Source of the DNA: Candidatus Moraniibacteriota bacterium
GTDB taxonomy: Bacteria; Patescibacteriota; Minisyncoccia; Moranbacterales; GCA-2747515
Direction of reading: 5' to 3'
Length of the DNA: 64,000 nucleotides
Assembly (NCBI GenBank): GCA_016699795.1
Contig: CP065011.1
Span: 947,449-1,011,448, forward strand
Shown here: positions 51,201 to 58,661 of the stretch, piece by piece
How the letters are laid out: every line of letters begins with the position of its first letter
Numbering within the stretch: the stretch's first letter is position 1
Translations under genes and position numbers: made by a program
Notes under the pieces: generated by a model
The model's database searches: none
What the model saw: only the letters and a program-made list of their open reading frames with translations
What the model was told of the DNA's origin: nothing

Positions 51201-51311
51201 AGTACTATTCCTTTTTCTTGGTATCGTTTTATGATATTTTGTTGTTTTTTGGGTATGGGTATTTTTGTGATAAAGATTTTCTTCTTTCGGCCATTGGAGA
51301 TAAAAACATAA
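48276..51311 (+). CDS. Large membrane-anchored secreted alpha/beta-hydrolase, LCAT/phospholipase-acyltransferase-like lipase (1011 aa) with a C-terminal TM
   Basis: N-terminal signal anchor; FAYDWRM (the YDWR motif of the LCAT/PDAT family) and nucleophile elbow IIAHSNGG; C-terminal hydrophobic helix WYRFMIFCCFLGMGIFVI. Confidence 0.55.
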   Translation: MKLAYVNPKLKSQEKANKYYLLVFYSIFCLIGFIFPNENIWAEDSWENYEDYQVIDKNTVWKESFVQENVLKPIVIVNGAIVTIEPGTKVEVGKLIVYNGRISARGSFAEPIIFTKMPTPWENFSKEYDKECNYLSLPEGTIEFQESVSTEEDTPSVFEYVIFEEMGRFLENMEPHCFDSQDPFVGDLTFPPVMFKDPAFRFSLGQVEIKNASFRNNFVADVQVNMEISEEDPSFDYLHIKDTDFYGNAREVAISSSLLYEDENLDFSQRILLQNNWYGSFNGPTCSENSEGDGKKLEGKYELDGWKEFDAGLEKRCPDCLSNILFLPGLKASRLYTKNEDSQENRRWLPTVGSDDWEQLLLDKNGKSESSIYTKDVLDSVVTGNIYESFLDRLSKWKSDGDITDYKAFAYDWRMNVEDIVKEGVFYPNEVTRFLVEDCITLANSSKTGKVTIIAHSNGGLLAKALLLELQKQGREDLAETVVFVASPQMGTPLSILSLLYGYDEPIPGMMTQEEARALAENMPGAYGLLPTREYFDAVKDPFIHFNSDHTRYKTFKNIFGKDIETYDEFTDFLLGTSDKRKDPDAEKIDEENVLSQTLFKQAKETAYRLANWKPGENIRIVQLAGWGLDTVSGISYNEEEKGRCYALSGAVPSCVGIGEYNPLYEPVFSFDGDGIVTDPSALMLGQSDDRERYWVNLFEYDDENIINRRHRDILETDAVQEFLEHIIEKKNEEDLPEFITQKRPEFKDGTTSSLRITLHSPLDLHIYDSEGRHTGLETLRVDSQDVQVIQESIPNTSYFQFGERKYIHIPKSKQPIRVELFGYKEGYYTLSLEEIEHSAKGEKSVEKIVYSLVPTSSSTKAFLEIPSSGVSSDIILRNDYDGDDPGQENILYPKKEENVSSPILSSRKDETSIQDEDQTSTKNSRKSTSISSIKIASSPLEKQQRLFEKISSNQNEVNYKNQEMIPTYSEEISQSTIPFSWYRFMIFCCFLGMGIFVIKIFFFRPLEIKT

Positions 51312-51354
51312 TTTTGATGTATACTAAAAATAAATTTGAATAAATCTATTTTTT

Positions 51355-51750
51355 ATGAAAAACAAAAAATTTAAAAAAATCGTTATTCTTGAAATTTTTA
51401 TTTTTTGCATTCTTTTGTTTTCTTTTATAGGTCCTTGTAATTTTAGTTTTGGAAAATGTATAGGAGGAGATAGTATTCTTATAACAAGAACATTATTCCA
51501 CATAGCACTCTCCCTCCTTATAGTTTCACCCTTCCTTTTTTTTCTCCGAGATGAAATGTTTTCAAAATGGATTCGTTTAAGTGTTTTTTGGTTTGGCATC
51601 TCGACAATTCTTATTATGATAGCACCAGTTTATTGGGGAGGATGGATGTCTTTTGGACCAACGAAAGAACTTGTGTCGCTCTGGTCGGGAATACTTTTTC
51701 TTTTGGTAAATATCTTCTTTATTTTTCATTACAGAAAAGGCTCACGTTAA
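51355..51750 (+). CDS. Hypothetical small membrane protein (4 TM)
   Basis: 131 aa, hydrophobic helices, Lys-rich N-terminus. Confidence 0.45.
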   Translation: MKNKKFKKIVILEIFIFCILLFSFIGPCNFSFGKCIGGDSILITRTLFHIALSLLIVSPFLFFLRDEMFSKWIRLSVFWFGISTILIMIAPVYWGGWMSFGPTKELVSLWSGILFLLVNIFFIFHYRKGSR

Positions 51751-51805
51751 ATTTAAAATACCATTACCAATCTTTCCCTACGAGAAAAGTTCTATCTAAA
51801 AAAAG

Positions 51806-51845
51806 AAAAACGGCTCACAAAATTTTGTGTAACCGTTTTTTATTC
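51806..51845. terminator. Bidirectional terminator (aacggct-cacaaaa/ttttgtg-taaccgtt) between convergent genes
   Basis: Hairpin with inner perfect palindrome cacaaaattttgtg, flanked by A-run and T-run. Confidence 0.5.
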
Positions 51846-51860
51846 TCATGAAAGATGTTC

Positions 51861-52331
51861 TTATTTAGGAGAAGAATTCTCGGATTTTTCGAGAATCTCA
51901 TCATAAAGAGGAACGAGTTGCAAAAGTCTTTCTTTTTGAGCAAGGAGGTTATTCTCTTGAAGACGGTTTGCAGAAAACTTTTCTTTGACCGCTTCTAAGA
52001 TTTTTTTATTAGAAGCCTCGTTTACAGAGTAGATATACTTAAACGGACTGTATTCTGATACTGAAGCGTGTTGTTGGGATGCTCTCATCCACATTCTTTC
52101 TGCTTCATCATAATCTCGCATAAGTATAATCGACAAATCTTTTGTCTTTTTAATTTCTCTGTCGATCTCTCGGAGACATTCATAAAGATACTCGGGAAAC
52201 CGCTCAGAAATCATCGACTCTGTGCTATCTAGCTTGAAATCTTCAATGCAAGAAATTTTTTCTTCGTAAGAATAGGCATTACCAAAAAGAAAAAGTAGAA
52301 CAAAAAGGGACAAAAACACTGTTTTTTTCAT
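51861..52331 (-). CDS. Hypothetical secreted protein (signal peptide)
   Basis: MKKTVFLSLFVLLFLFGNAYS signal peptide; acidic/helical body; no known motif. Confidence 0.5.
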   Translation of the reverse strand: MKKTVFLSLFVLLFLFGNAYSYEEKISCIEDFKLDSTESMISERFPEYLYECLREIDREIKKTKDLSIILMRDYDEAERMWMRASQQHASVSEYSPFKYIYSVNEASNKKILEAVKEKFSANRLQENNLLAQKERLLQLVPLYDEILEKSENSSPK

Positions 52332-52416
52332 CGAAATCTCCTTACTGGGGATGGAAAGGTACTCTGTGTGATATAAACCAAAAACGTTATTTTTGCAAGC
52401 TTTCTTTTCAAAAATA

Positions 52417-52444
52417 TTGCTATTTCTTTATTTTTGTGTTATAC
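52417..52444 (+). promoter_or_regulatory. Sigma70-like promoter of paralog 1 (-35 TTGCTA, 16-nt spacer ending TGTG, -10 TTATAC)
   Basis: Same architecture recurs upstream of all four paralogs; tttttgtgttata is shared with the paralog 4 promoter. Confidence 0.4.
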
Positions 52445-52503
52445 AGTTTGAGGAAAAAGGTCCTTTTTGTTCACAGTAGTGCCTTATCAGGAGGCAGAAA
52501 AAT

Positions 52504-52806
52504 ATGCTCACAAAACTCAGAAACCTTTTATGGGATTTGGGAATATGCTCTTATGGGGGAGAAGATCCCACTACAGCAAAACAGAGAAATTTTTCTCGGA
52601 CGCTCTCTGTCGTTGCTCAAGATAGAGAAGAAAGGGGAGATTTGGAAGGAGCGTATAAAGCGTATCGTAAAAGAATTTATATCTGCCCTGGTCATTACTC
52701 TTTCCGTCGAGACATGCTTCTTGCTTGGGAAGAAGCGCATCACAGGAAAGAGCAAGATATAATGCTTCTCGCTCATGAAAAGAGTGATGCTACTCGGCAA
52801 GAGTAA
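52504..52806 (+). CDS. Small TPR-like protein, paralog 1 of a four-member tandem family
   Basis: SD aggagg 8 nt upstream; conserved core TLSVVAQDREERGDLEGAYKAYRKRIYICP shared with 52960, 53433 and 53887. Confidence 0.55.
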   Translation: MLTKLRNLLWDLGICSYGGEDPTTAKQRNFSRTLSVVAQDREERGDLEGAYKAYRKRIYICPGHYSFRRDMLLAWEEAHHRKEQDIMLLAHEKSDATRQE

Positions 52807-52815
52807 AATTTTTAT

Positions 52816-52848
52816 AACGGCTTTCTTACACAAAGAGGGCCGTTTTTT
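52816..52848 (+). terminator. Rho-independent terminator (aacggc...gccgtt plus T6)
   Basis: Hairpin followed by tttttt directly after the paralog 1 stop. Confidence 0.45.
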
Positions 52849-52879
52849 AATTAAGCCGAAAAATAAAAAAAATATTCTC

Positions 52880-52907
52880 TTGTGAAAAATACGCTAATGT
52901 GTTAATC
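52880..52907 (+). promoter_or_regulatory. Sigma70-like promoter of paralog 2 (-35 TTGTGA, 16-nt spacer ending TGTG, -10 TTAATC)
   Basis: Matches the shared architecture; an alternative -10 TATAAT lies at 52909. Confidence 0.35.
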
Positions 52908-52959
52908 CTATAATAAAATAAGTTCTTTCTTTACACATAACTTTGATAGGAGGTAGAAG

Positions 52960-53289
52960 ATGTATCAAGGTTTCAGAGGTCATTTTAGGCGTAAAGATTT
53001 TTTTCAGAGCGAAGAAGAGATCGCTCGAGAGAATCTCATCTTCAAAGCTTTTCTTACTATCGGCTGTGATAGGAAAGAAAATAATGATGAACCTGGGGCT
53101 CATAAATGCTTTTATCGAGTTATAAATATACGTCCTCAAGAAGGAGATTTTCGGAGGACAATAGCAAGAATATGGCTTGCAACAAAGGCAAAAAAAGTTG
53201 CCTATGCCGGAGTAAAAGATTCTTGTCATTTGGAACAAGAAGAAGAACCATTCCCTTCATTTGCAAGCTATCTCAAGCAACCTTCCTGA
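52960..53289 (+). CDS. Small TPR-like protein, paralog 2
   Basis: SD aggagg; core ARENLIFKAFLTIGCDRKENNDEPGAHKCFYRVINIRPQEGDFRR. Confidence 0.5.
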   Translation: MYQGFRGHFRRKDFFQSEEEIARENLIFKAFLTIGCDRKENNDEPGAHKCFYRVINIRPQEGDFRRTIARIWLATKAKKVAYAGVKDSCHLEQEEEPFPSFASYLKQPS

Positions 53290-53302
53290 GATAGGTCCCT
53301 TA

Positions 53303-53334
53303 CAGCCACAAAAAATTGTGTGCTGTTTTTTTTG
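53303..53334 (+). terminator. Rho-independent terminator (cagccacaa...ttgtgtgctg plus T9)
   Basis: Hairpin plus ttttttttt. Confidence 0.5.
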
Positions 53335-53357
53335 GAAGAGGAAATCTTTTAGATCTC

Positions 53358-53385
53358 TTGCCATTTTTATTTTATTATGTTATTA
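53358..53385 (+). promoter_or_regulatory. Sigma70-like promoter of paralog 3 (-35 TTGCCA, 16-nt spacer ending TG, -10 TTATTA)
   Basis: cttgccat...ttat(g)ttatta is shared with the paralog 4 promoter. Confidence 0.4.
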
Positions 53386-53432
53386 CTTTTTTGGGCCATC
53401 GAGTTCTTTTTCAAAAAAAGAGGAGTTATAGT

Positions 53433-53678
53433 ATGAACATGCTTTTTGGATTTCCATTCCCTTCTTTTTTTATGGGGGGAGAGAAGTTAGTATTAGAGAA
53501 TGTAATGCTTTCAAATCTCTCTTTTATAGCTTCTAGTAAGCAACTTCTTGGCGACTACGCCGGAGCCGATCAATGCTATCGTGAGGCGGTTCACATACGG
53601 CCTCAGAATACATTTTTCCGTCAGCGTATGATGGAAAATTGGGCGAAGATGAATCATCATCAGCCGAAAACGGCATAA
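53433..53678 (+). CDS. Small TPR-like protein, paralog 3 (start at the internal ATG with SD agaggag)
   Basis: Core LENVMLSNLSFIASSKQLLGDYAGADQCYREAVHIRPQNTFFRQRMMENW; the longer ORF from 53316 lacks an RBS. Confidence 0.5.
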   Translation: MNMLFGFPFPSFFMGGEKLVLENVMLSNLSFIASSKQLLGDYAGADQCYREAVHIRPQNTFFRQRMMENWAKMNHHQPKTA

Positions 53679-53683
53679 ACATA

Positions 53684-53718
53684 AAGCGATCACACAAGGA
53701 TGTGTATCGCTTTTTTAT
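53684..53718 (+). terminator. Rho-independent terminator (agcgat(c)acaca-agga-tgtgtatcgct plus T6)
   Basis: About 11-bp stem followed by tttttt. Confidence 0.55.
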
Positions 53719-53798
53719 TTTTAGATAAATTCAAACAAAGTTGAAGAGATAAGTATCCTTTTTCAAAGAGATGAATAGCGGATATTGTTTTAAAAGAC

Positions 53799-53826
53799 TT
53801 GCCATATATATATTTTTGTGTTATAG
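53799..53826 (+). promoter_or_regulatory. Sigma70-like promoter of paralog 4 (-35 TTGCCA, 16-nt spacer ending TGTG, -10 TTATAG)
   Basis: tttttgtgttata is shared with the paralog 1 promoter. Confidence 0.4.
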
Positions 53827-53886
53827 AGAATATATTCCCAAAGGGAATATGAGTCCTTTCATAAACTCGAAAAGAGGAGCTGAGAA

Positions 53887-54255
53887 ATGAACATTCTTCA
53901 TTATGTTGCGTATCCTTTCGTGGCATTTTTTGAGGGCTTCTATGAGCTTTGGACTGGGGGAGAAAGACTTGCCCGAGAGAATCTTCTTCTTTCCACACTC
54001 TCTGTCGTTGCCCAAGATCGTGAATCTTTTGGCGACCTTGCTGGAGCGGGTAAATGCTATACACAGGCACATAAAATCTACCCCGAAGGAAAATTTTTTC
54101 ATAAGATGATGCTTGAAAATTCTAAAAAAATACAAGAAAAAGAGCATATCCAGGAAAAAAGATCAGAACACACGACGAATTTAAGGATTCTGAATTCTTT
54201 TCTGAGGCCCCCTCAAGAAGACGTGTTCTACGGGCAACTTCTCAAGAAGATGTAG
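53887..54255 (+). CDS. Small TPR-like protein, paralog 4
   Basis: SD aggag; core ARENLLLSTLSVVAQDRESFGDLAGAGKCYTQAHKIYPEGKFFHKMMLENS. Confidence 0.55.
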   Translation: MNILHYVAYPFVAFFEGFYELWTGGERLARENLLLSTLSVVAQDRESFGDLAGAGKCYTQAHKIYPEGKFFHKMMLENSKKIQEKEHIQEKRSEHTTNLRILNSFLRPPQEDVFYGQLLKKM

Positions 54256-54353
54256 TATTTATTCTTCTCGAGTTATACCGAGAATGAAAGACTCTTTTCA
54301 TTTGCGAACCCTTGAGAAAACGAATACCCAAAATTCGTTTCAAATTATTATAA

Positions 54354-54387
54354 AAACGGCCATACAATTGTATGTGCCGTTTTTTCT
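54354..54387 (+). terminator. Rho-independent terminator (aacggc-catacaa/ttgtatg-gccgtt plus T6)
   Basis: Hairpin plus T-run; an additional perfect 9-bp hairpin gaaacgaat...attcgtttc lies at 54317-54340. Confidence 0.5.
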
Positions 54388-54813
54388 TCTTTCTTGCTTG
54401 GACCCTTGTTAATCAGGTTGGAAGTTATGAAAGAAAATGAAGAAGGAGAACTTATCGTAGCCATGTATAGAGGACTCCTCTATTAGATACTACAAACGAA
54501 TGATATGAATATGACAAAAATGCTTATAAGAAAATAAAAACAGGAATTTTTGAGAATGTAACCTTATGTGCAAAGGTAATAAATATTCGAAACGGACATT
54601 TCTATATTTTGTTGAAAAATGAAATTTTTTCATTGACGAAGTTGTCTTGAAGGTATATCCTCCTAGAACAAAAAATAAAAGGTTTCCGCATTCCTTTTAG
54701 GTAGATTCTTAGGAGTAGGAGACTTACATTCTTGAAAGTTTAAACCTCATATTCACTCTCTTTCATTTCTTTCTATAATTACCCGCAACGTAAATTCTAG
54801 AATAAAAACTTTT

Positions 54814-55137
54814 ATGATACGTCGTCTATTGGAAGTATTTGTATTCTCTCTCGTTTTCTTACTTGTAGGAAGTATTCTAGGATTTTTTTTGGTACCGATT
54901 GAGACTTCTTCTGAATCAGATAAAGAATCAAAATGTATAACATTTGTTTACAATGAAAGTGGTCAAATGGAGGGGATTTTTATTCGAAATGATATAAAAA
55001 CGCGAGCACAGGAAATAGCTCACACATTTTCTGATGTCTTGTATGAAAAAGCCACACTTTATAATCCAAAAGGGGATATGGTTCCTGATTCGATCGATGA
55101 CAATATTAAATTATATATTGAAAAAATAATTCTCTAG
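54814..55137 (+). CDS. Hypothetical small membrane-anchored protein
   Basis: 107 aa, N-terminal TM LEVFVFSLVFLLVGSILGFFLV. Confidence 0.45.
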   Translation: MIRRLLEVFVFSLVFLLVGSILGFFLVPIETSSESDKESKCITFVYNESGQMEGIFIRNDIKTRAQEIAHTFSDVLYEKATLYNPKGDMVPDSIDDNIKLYIEKIIL

Positions 55138-55213
55138 AAAAACAAAAAAGCATCATTAACGAAAAAATAAAAAGTATATAATAAACCGTTTACTGTATAC
55201 TAATTGTATAAAT

Positions 55214-56203
55214 ATGCTTTCCCATAGAGAAAAAATCCTTGTTTATATTCAAAAACGAGAACAAGCCACCGTTGTGGATTTGGAAAACGCGTTCGATATC
55301 GAAAAGCAGATAATGTTTCAACATTTAAAATCTTTGATAGAAGAGGGATTGATACAAGAAATTGGTTTAGCTCCAAGAATTATTTATGTACCTCTCCAAG
55401 AAAGAGAAGGAAATGTTTCTATTGGTGATATTGAAAATATTTCTGAAAGAGAAAGAGAAATTATAGAAGAAAATTTTCTTCTCATAACACCAGGAGGAAA
55501 TCGTTTAGAAGGTGTTATGGGTTTTTCAAAATGGTCTCAATATCAAGAATATTCTTTCTCTCAAAAAGCAAAAGAATACGCTGATATGTACGAAAAACAC
55601 GAAGAACTCAAACACTATGGTTTTATAGAAGGAATAGAGAAATTCCACCAAACATTTGGAGCAACTCCTTCTCTTGATGCTGTTTTTTATAAAGACTTTT
55701 ATACATGGGAAATATTTGGCAAAACAAAATTAGGTCAACTCCTTTTTTATGCCAAACAAAGTCAGGATAAGCACATAATAAGAGAAATAATTCAGATAGT
55801 AGCAGAATCTTCTTTGTACAAAATACTTCAGGAATATTTCGTAGATGCGGTTTGTTTTATTCCTCCTACTGTACGACGAACAGTCCAGCTTATGGACGAG
55901 TTAAAAAAAGAACTCGCATTGCCCTTGCCAGAAATACGAATTCAAAAAATTACAGGTCCGATTCGAGTACCCCAAAAAACACTCTCCAAATTAGAAGATC
56001 GGCTCCTCAACGCTCGAACAAGTTTTTTCGTTTCAGAACGAAGATTATTTCATACCGTACTTCTTATAGATGACGCACTTGGTTCGGGAGCGACTTTTTT
56101 TGAGGTAGCTAAAAAACTCAAAAAACAAGGAATAGCCAAAAAAGTTATTGGTTTGGCAATAACTGGGAGTTTGAAGGAATTCGATGTTATTCGCGAAATC
56201 TAA
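55214..56203 (+). CDS. Winged-helix DNA-binding domain fused to a type I phosphoribosyltransferase (PRTase) domain (PurR/ComF-like architecture)
   Basis: N-terminal HTH-like ...REQATVVDLENAFDIEKQIMFQHLKSLIEEGLIQE; C-terminal PRPP-binding motif VLLIDDALGSGATF. Confidence 0.55.
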   Translation: MLSHREKILVYIQKREQATVVDLENAFDIEKQIMFQHLKSLIEEGLIQEIGLAPRIIYVPLQEREGNVSIGDIENISEREREIIEENFLLITPGGNRLEGVMGFSKWSQYQEYSFSQKAKEYADMYEKHEELKHYGFIEGIEKFHQTFGATPSLDAVFYKDFYTWEIFGKTKLGQLLFYAKQSQDKHIIREIIQIVAESSLYKILQEYFVDAVCFIPPTVRRTVQLMDELKKELALPLPEIRIQKITGPIRVPQKTLSKLEDRLLNARTSFFVSERRLFHTVLLIDDALGSGATFFEVAKKLKKQGIAKKVIGLAITGSLKEFDVIREI

Positions 56204-56239
56204 ATTTTTTCTAAACTATCCGAAAATTTAAAAGTATTT

Positions 56240-56854
56240 TTATGAAACACTTATTTGAGTAAGAAATTCCTTTATAGTTTCATTAGAAGTTTTAAATTCT
56301 GGAAGATAGGTTACAGACTCTGTATAATCAATATCTTCAAAGTAACAAAGTTGTTCACGAAGTATTTTTTCATTAATTTCATTTCCAAATATTTTTTGAG
56401 CTTTTGCTATTATCTCATAAAGGGAATGAAAGTTTCGAAGAATAAAATACATATCAACATAGTCTTTCCATTTAGCTCGACGTCCCAATGCATAGAGTTT
56501 CATAGCACCGAGAGTCAAAAGATCAGGAAGATGTATACCATGTTGAAATTCGTTTAAAAATTCAATTGGATATGGGTAATAAAGGAATGTGATTTGAACA
56601 TTTTGAGCAAGAAATGTAAGTTCATTTTTATCATTTCGATACATTCTTTCTATAGGAGAAAATTTTTTGAATTTTGTAAGAATCTTTTCACCATTAAAAT
56701 CTTCGTTATGAGTAAAAAGATCAAAATCAATAGATTCTCTATGTCCTATATGGAGAGCAATAGCTGTTCCTCCGACCAAACCAAAATCAGGAGAAAATTT
56801 TCCAAGAAAAGGAAGAAGTGATGATTGTTTATTGTTGAGGATTTCTTGGTGCAT
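56240..56854 (-). CDS. AbiEii/DUF1814-like nucleotidyltransferase (type IV TA toxin family)
   Basis: FGLVGGTAIALHIGHRESIDFDLFT matches the NTase-fold motif hGG.A....HR.S.D.D typical of AbiEii toxins; 204 aa. Confidence 0.6.
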   Translation of the reverse strand: MHQEILNNKQSSLLPFLGKFSPDFGLVGGTAIALHIGHRESIDFDLFTHNEDFNGEKILTKFKKFSPIERMYRNDKNELTFLAQNVQITFLYYPYPIEFLNEFQHGIHLPDLLTLGAMKLYALGRRAKWKDYVDMYFILRNFHSLYEIIAKAQKIFGNEINEKILREQLCYFEDIDYTESVTYLPEFKTSNETIKEFLTQISVS

Positions 56855-57155
56855 GAGCTTTAAAATAAAGAGTGAAAAAATGTTTTGTTTTCAGATGATA
56901 ATTAGATCGTTCGTGCTCAATTTGTGAGTGAAAAATCGAGGAAATTTTTTCTATGCCTAAAATAGAAATGAGCTTTTGCACATCATCCCAATTTCCATAA
57001 TTAAGAGTAGCTTCTACAATAGATTCGACTGAGAGCTGTCCTGGATTTTTTGTCCACCAGACAAAATGAGATCTTTGTATGATAAATGTTTGAATATCCA
57101 TAGAGAAATGATACCATTTTTGAATAACTTTGTCGAGTAAAAAAGAACAATCCAA
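56829..57155 (-). CDS. Small ORF overlapping the 5' end of the AbiEii-like gene, a candidate cognate partner/antitoxin
   Basis: 108-aa ORF immediately upstream on the same strand with a 26-nt overlap; no recognisable domain and much shorter than typical AbiEi. Confidence 0.3.
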   Translation of the reverse strand: MDCSFLLDKVIQKWYHFSMDIQTFIIQRSHFVWWTKNPGQLSVESIVEATLNYGNWDDVQKLISILGIEKISSIFHSQIEHERSNYHLKTKHFFTLYFKAHAPRNPQQ

Positions 57156-57224
57156 ACGAAAAAAGATGACATAAAATCCGAATATATGGTATTCTCTTGA
57201 TATAAAAAAATTTTATATCTCTCT

Positions 57225-58172
57225 ATGAACAAAAAAATTCTCATAACGGGTGGAGCAGGATTTATCGGTTCTCATCTTATAAAACGACTTTTACATGAGG
57301 GTCATGAGGTTCTCTGTGTTGATAATTTTTTCACGGGAAATAAAGATAATATATTACCCTTTCTCGACAATCCTCGCTTCGAACTTATGCGTCATGACGT
57401 AACATTTCCCCTTTATGTAGAAGTGGATGAAATTTACAATCTTGCATGTCCCGCATCTCCCATTCATTATCAATTTGATCCTGTACAAACGACCAAAACT
57501 TCCGTACATGGTGCTATTAATATGTTAGGACTTGCCAAGAGAACTCAGGCGAAAATTCTACAAGCATCCACAAGTGAAGTGTACGGAGATCCTGAGGTGC
57601 ACCCTCAAGACGAAACCTATTGGGGGAGGGTAAATCCTGTTGGTATTCGATCTTGTTATGATGAAGGAAAACGTTGTGCGGAGACACTTTTTTTCGATTA
57701 TTTTCGTCAGCATCATCTTCCTATACGAGTAATAAGAATTTTCAATACATACGGACCCAATATGCATCCCCGAGATGGAAGAGTTGTTTCAAACTTTATC
57801 GTACAAGCATTAAAAAATGAAGATATAACCATTTATGGAAATGGGGAACAAACGAGAAGTTTTCAATACGTGGATGATCTTATAGAAGGTATGGTGCGAA
57901 TGATGGAAAATAAAAAAGATTTCACTGGTCCTGTAAATATAGGGAATCCGAAAGAATTTACTATGAAACAACTTGCTGAAATAATTCTTCGGCTTATTCC
58001 TGAAAGTAAAAGTACTCTTGTATATAAACCTCTCCCTCAAGATGATCCTAGACAACGAAAACCCGATATAACCCTTGCGAAAAAAATGCTCGACTGGGAA
58101 CCAAAAATAGATCTTGAAAAAGGCCTTATACAAACCATTGAATATTTTCGAGGAAAAATAAAAGAATTGTAA
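57225..58172 (+). CDS. uxs: UDP-glucuronate decarboxylase / UDP-xylose synthase (SDR NAD-dependent epimerase/dehydratase)
   Basis: [10 protein letters not shown] Rossmann motif; YDEGKR catalytic YxxxK region; overall match to the UXS1-type sequence (…VDNFFTGNK…NPRFEL..HDV…). Confidence 0.88.
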   Translation: MNKKILITGGAGFIGSHLIKRLLHEGHEVLCVDNFFTGNKDNILPFLDNPRFELMRHDVTFPLYVEVDEIYNLACPASPIHYQFDPVQTTKTSVHGAINMLGLAKRTQAKILQASTSEVYGDPEVHPQDETYWGRVNPVGIRSCYDEGKRCAETLFFDYFRQHHLPIRVIRIFNTYGPNMHPRDGRVVSNFIVQALKNEDITIYGNGEQTRSFQYVDDLIEGMVRMMENKKDFTGPVNIGNPKEFTMKQLAEIILRLIPESKSTLVYKPLPQDDPRQRKPDITLAKKMLDWEPKIDLEKGLIQTIEYFRGKIKEL

Positions 58173-58310
58173 ACGTGCAAAAATATCTCAAGTACCACAT
58201 CACCTTACTCAAACAAAATAAAAAGAGTGTTTTTTCTCTAAGTCAGATACTCTAATTTTAGAGAGAAAAATTTAAAAAAGAATTGATGAAAAATTAGCTT
58301 TACGTAAGCC

Positions 58311-58661
58311 TCAAATTTTTTCATTTAATTGATTCAAAAGAGAAGAAACAGATTTTTTGAGGTTAGGAAGATCTTTTTTGGCCGTTTCCCAAAGTATTTT
58401 TCGATCAACTTTTGCATAATCATGAACAAGAAAGTTTCTCATGCCGATCATGCTTTTATAAGGAATTTGCTCTGGATATTTTTCACGAAATTCTTGTGAA
58501 AGACGATTTGTGGCTTCACCCATAATGCCAAGTTGTCTTGCTATAGCATCTGTAAGTATTTCATCTTGACTATAATGAACAAAATCAACATTGTTCAAAT
58601 AACGTTCAACTTTTTCTATAGCTTGTAAAATATCGTATAGATGAAGTTTGTTTCTATCCAT
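58311..58661 (-). CDS. hepT: HepT (DUF86/HEPN) toxin of a HEPN-MNT pair
   Basis: HEPN Rx4-6H motif RNFLVHDY; 116 aa. Confidence 0.8.
   Translation of the reverse strand: MDRNKLHLYDILQAIEKVERYLNNVDFVHYSQDEILTDAIARQLGIMGEATNRLSQEFREKYPEQIPYKSMIGMRNFLVHDYAKVDRKILWETAKKDLPNLKKSVSSLLNQLNEKI

Noticed and set aside
52436-52762. 108-aa ORF in an alternative frame over paralog 1
   Set aside because: It overlaps the SD-led paralog ORF. The conserved family core is only in the 52504 frame.
57014-57244. Minus-strand 76-aa ORF overlapping the uxs start
   Set aside because: It overlaps the start of a confidently identified gene and the candidate AbiEii partner, and it has no supporting features.
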